In this document: positions 59,869 through 64,000 of the stretch, piece by piece
Layout of the letters: every line of letters begins with the position of its first letter
Numbering within the stretch: the first letter of the stretch is position 1
DNA from: the human T2T-CHM13v2.0 reference genome, Homo sapiens
Direction: 5' to 3' (one strand)
NCBI RefSeq assembly: GCF_009914755.1
Contig: NC_060930.1
DNA: 64,000 nt
Program-made: the position numbers and the translations under genes
Notes under the pieces: generated by a model
What the model saw: only the letters and a program-made list of their open reading frames with translations
Told to the model about the DNA's origin: nothing
Databases searched by the model: none

Positions 59869-60547
59869 TGAGACGGGATTGTTTCCTTGACCTTAACCCC
59901 CTTTGTGGGCAGGAACTGGAGTGGCTCATTTCACTCAGCCCACTGCCAGCCTCTCCTTGCAAGAGGGAGCATGTGAGTAAGCAAGTGTGGGAACCAGAGC
60001 AAATGAATGCTGGAACCAGCTGGTCACTCCTCTCTGGTGGAAGCAGGCTCTTTGTGGGCCCTGCAGCAGTGTCCAAGCCCCTGCCCTCTCAGCACCTGGG
60101 TTCTTGTCTAGCATCCAGGAAGAATCAGGTCACATGAATGGATTGAAGAGTAGTGTATGCAGAGGATTTTATTGGGCGGTGGAAGTGGCTCTCAGTGAGA
60201 TGGGAGTTGGTAAGGGGATGGTGTGGGAAGAAGGCGATCTTTCCCCAAAGCTGCACCATCTGGAGTTGGTTGCATCTATCCATTGTCTCTGATGCTCAGC
60301 CGCTTCTATTTCCACCACTCAGCTGCTTGTATTCCTGACACTCAGATGCTTGTATTCCCAGTGCTCAGCTGCTTGTGTTATTTTGCCAGCTGAAGTCTTT
60401 TTATGGGCACAGGATAGGGGCATGGCAGGCCAAAAAGGCCACATTTGGATGGAAAAATGAGGTAAGTTCTTTTCACTTAGGGCTATGGTTCCAGGCTGAA
60501 GGGTGGGGTTTAGCTGTTCTGTATCTGTTCTCAGCTGTTCTGTATCA
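59869..60547 (-). mobile_element. LTR27-like ERV1 solo LTR
   Basis: Minus strand TGATACAGAACAGCT...TAAACCCCACC...CCCTAAGTGAAAA...GTGCCCATAAAA; no clean TSD seen. Confidence 0.7.
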
Positions 60548-60840
60548 GAAACAGTTGTTTGGATGCTTCCAGTATTGCCCTTCTAGGGTCTGTTCCTGGG
60601 AAAGAGCCACAGTGAGTGTTCTGCTTAGTATTTGCCACTCTACTTGTAGAACATAAAAATCCTTCCAAGGGAATATGGGACTACTTTTGCTTCATCTCTC
60701 CTCCAGACCCTAGCTTCCTGGAAGACACTCAAGGCCATGTCCAGTGCCTGAGAGTGTTCTTTTTAGACTCTTTTCTAATCTGATTTTGAATCATGATCCT
60801 TCTTGTTTTTTTTCAACGTGCCTGTCACTAACTCCTGGAG

Positions 60841-61174
60841 TAGGGATCAGCAAACTACAGCCTTTGGCCCAAATTCTGACTTCTATCTATCTTTGTGTAA
60901 CCCACAATCTAAGCGTGATTTTTGCATTTTTTAATGGTTCAAGAAAAATTAAATGCTGAATAATGTATCACACATGAAAATGATATAAAATTCAAATTTC
61001 ACAGTCCATCCACAAAATTCTGTGGAAGCACAGCCATGCTCATCTGTTTAGGTTTTGTTTGTGGCTCCTTACCTGTTGCAATGGTGGTTGGGTAATTATC
61101 AATGAGATGATGTGGCCCATAGTACCTAACATCCTTCCTATCAGGCCCTTTCAGAAAAAGTTTGCCAAACTCTG
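60841..61174 (+). mobile_element. MER58B hAT-Charlie MITE
   Basis: AGGGATCAGCAAACTA...AAAAGTTTGCCAAACTCTG TIRs; 8-bp TSD-like TCCTGGAG/TCCTAGAA. Confidence 0.8.
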
Positions 61175-61454
61175 TCCTAGAATATTACCAGAACACAGAA
61201 TGTGGGGACTTTCTATTATTTCAGGCAAGTCCCTTAGGACACTAAAGGTTTGGCATGTAGAACCAAGAGTTCCCTAATGGGCCAACTAGAGATTGTGTTT
61301 GCACACAGATCTAGACCTCCAAATTCTCCTGATAGAAGTACCTCTACTGTAATGTACTCACACACCACTGCACCTCTCCCCTTAACCTTATCAGGTGGGT
61401 GGTTGTGGCTCAGCAGCCAGCACCAGCTTTAAAGTGTATTCAGCACCTAACAGT

Positions 61455-61577
61455 TGTGTCTTCTTGTGATAGCTTATTAAACCTTCAGTGCTTTGGTTTC
61501 TCCATCCATAAAATGAAGTCTTGAAATACATGGTGTCTGTGTTTTTTCTTGTTCCAATATTCCAATTTTATGATTGT
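61455..61577 (+). mobile_element. MIR-family fragment
   Basis: TTAAACCTTCAGTGCTTTGGTTTCTCCATCCATAAAATG. Confidence 0.5.
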
Positions 61578-64000
61578 ACTGACAATGAAAAACAACTTTT
61601 AAAATTTAAAATTTCAAACCAGTTGTTGAGTTCAAGTTGGAAACATTTGATAGAAAAGGATTAATTTTGTCTCAGTTAAGCATCTCATACTGTGATAATT
61701 TTGTTTTATTTCTAAAATACCCCTTTCGTTCCAAACCGCCTGGAGCACTTCAGCATGAAACATTAGTCTCTGGGAAAGCCCACCAGCCTGAAACCCAACA
61801 TAGCTTATACCAGAGCCTCATAAGCTTGCCCCTCAATTATTTTATACTTCCCTCACTGATAATGCTTTTCGTAGATGGTAAGTGATACAATTGAACTTGT
61901 TCATATACACAGTCTCCTCCCTAACTCCATTAAGCCAAAGTTTGTATTCTACTTTCTAAATTACTTAAAATCTGTAGCAAATTTAGCAATGCTATTTTGG
62001 TTAATTGCCCTAATCCAAGGAACACTGGCAGCTCCTCTGGGTCACCAGAGAAGTCTCCTTTGCATTATAAATGTTTTTTTCCACAGTGAAAATGCACAGT
62101 TTCATTGGACATTCAAGTTGTACCAGGCTACCTGTGGAGTTGAAATGTAGTAAACTACTGCTGCTACATTTTAAAGGACAGTGTTGAGTCATCCTTTAAT
62201 ACATTGTCACCTGCAAGTTGTTCCTTTGCTTTACTTAAGGACCCTTGTTGAAAATACACTTGTATAAGCAATTATCAGGGTCTTTTTTGGTTCAGCAAGC
62301 GGTCTTTCTACTGTAGATTATACTTTCCAATAGACTGGCTGTGCCTTATTTTCTCTCTTGTTTGTAACCAAAAGTTGGCTTAGTCATTCAGCTCTTCCTT
62401 TGTTGATTAGCTGTAGACATATTGGTTCCTCTTGAATTATTCAAATGGGTTTTCTTTTTTGTATAAAGCACACCAATGGTAGGAAAGTTCAATTCAACAT
62501 CAAAGACCTACTGCTGCCCCTTTAAGGCCACTCTCTTTAGGATCCCTGTATTCACTCTTCTCTGCAGGTGTGGCTGCACCTGCACCTTAATTGTTCAGAG
62601 TACTTGGGTGACTAGTCTATTTTCAAAGTGCTCTCTAGGAAAAACAATTGCACCACCAACCTTGATAATGTCTCCCATGATTTTATAATCCTTGCAACTA
62701 GGGAAAGTTTAGTTTTTTCTACACATTTAGTTAAAGGCAACATTTTTTTTCTTACTCTATACAAATTGTATCTAGAAAACTGGGCAATATCATGGTTTTT
62801 ATAATACAAATATGACTTGAACTGCTCCCAGTCAAAGATATTTACTCAGTTAAGCAACAATTGCAGAATAAATATTGATTGTTTCTATGTATTTCTCTTA
62901 GGCATTATTTGAAGAACAGTGATACTTGATAGTCATTATAGAAAATCTAAAAACACAGACAGCCTTTCTCTCTCTCTCTGTTGACAATTAAGGCAGAATG
63001 GCTTTGAATGGCCAGACATCTGCTCTGTGCTGTTTTTACTTTACTTATATTTCCTGGAAATTCACTTAGAACATCTCTGTTAAATCCCTAAGAAATGGTC
63101 CCTTAGTCATAAGTATGGCTTCTCTGTAAACAAGACGCAGGTGGAATTGATGAAGAATTCCTGTTTTCCCATCTGCTGCATAAATTTAGGATTTTAAAGG
63201 TTTGATATGGAGAATGCAGAGTTCTCTATGAGACACTTGGTATTAAAATGGCGTGATAAGGAATTCAGACAAAGAACTAGGGCTCAAATCTTTCTTGTTA
63301 AAAGTATCTCAACTGAAATCTACTTGTTCACCTACTGCTGTCTCCTTACATTTTTCATGTGAGTTGTTATGAACTTGGAATGGGATTACTGTGGAAAGAG
63401 TGGAGGAAATTGACTTGAAACTTTTTCTGAAATTCTCTCTTCCATTTAGATGTGGACTTGGCAGTCTATGGAGCTAATGACATTATTTAAAGTTCACTAG
63501 AGAAAGCTCTATACTTGCCCCAGATTACAGAAAGTTTCTATGGCTTGATGCAGAGAGGGGAGCCCAGTCAGAGCCCAGGCAGAGCCCAGTAAACTTCCTA
63601 CATCAAGGAGAGGGAACCAAGATCCAGAAAGACCTAGAAGGCTAGAGTTTTCAGAACAAGAATACAGGAAAGAAAAGTGTTGTACAGAGAAGGAATCAGC
63701 ATACGTGTGGGATAAAACTGCTCAAGGCCCAGTAAAAATCTGTAAAAGGATTAGAGAGAATAGTAATTGGTGCTCACACAAGGCTGGGAATAGTGCCTTT
63801 TTCCACCTGCCATGGAAAATTCATCATTTACATGGCTTGAGTAAAGTACTAAGGTCTTGTGTTAGAAGAGGGATGTGGCTAGCCCTAGACTAAACTTCGC
63901 TCTGATCTTACTAAACAAATCTTAAAGGCAAGATCCAAAAGAAGAAAACAATTCTTGGAGTTATATTTCATATGTTCAAAAAGGTAGAGACATAGTATAT

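Noticed and set aside
59589-60137. 182-aa ORF
   Set aside because: Non-ATG start and runs antisense into an LTR27-like element; likely chance

Overview
Primate (catarrhine, probably human or great-ape) non-coding DNA dominated by transposable elements. I recognise no cellular protein-coding exon. The centrepiece is a 6.0-kb deleted-type HERV-H provirus on the minus strand (39553-45565), with LTR7 LTRs, a tRNA-His PBS, a GCATC TSD, decayed gag/pro/pol and an expanded ~43-bp leader repeat. It sits next to a CpG-island-like region (~37740-38590) and between two inward-facing MER41B-type LTRs that keep STAT/GAS motifs. The left half holds solo LTRs (THE1, MER57, LTR12F, MLT1, LTR47-like), many Alus, and a MER45R-like hAT transposon split by an Alu and a ~5.7-kb old L1. 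The right half holds a ~5-kb L1PA15/16-like element containing a dense cluster of fold-back inverted duplications. The leading hypothesis is inference only: an LTR7-driven minus-strand spliced RNA using a donor 35 nt outside the 3' LTR and possibly a 101-nt exon at 6421-6521 that lies between an inverted Alu pair. Repeat subfamily names are from recalled consensus sequences and need RepeatMasker/Dfam confirmation.
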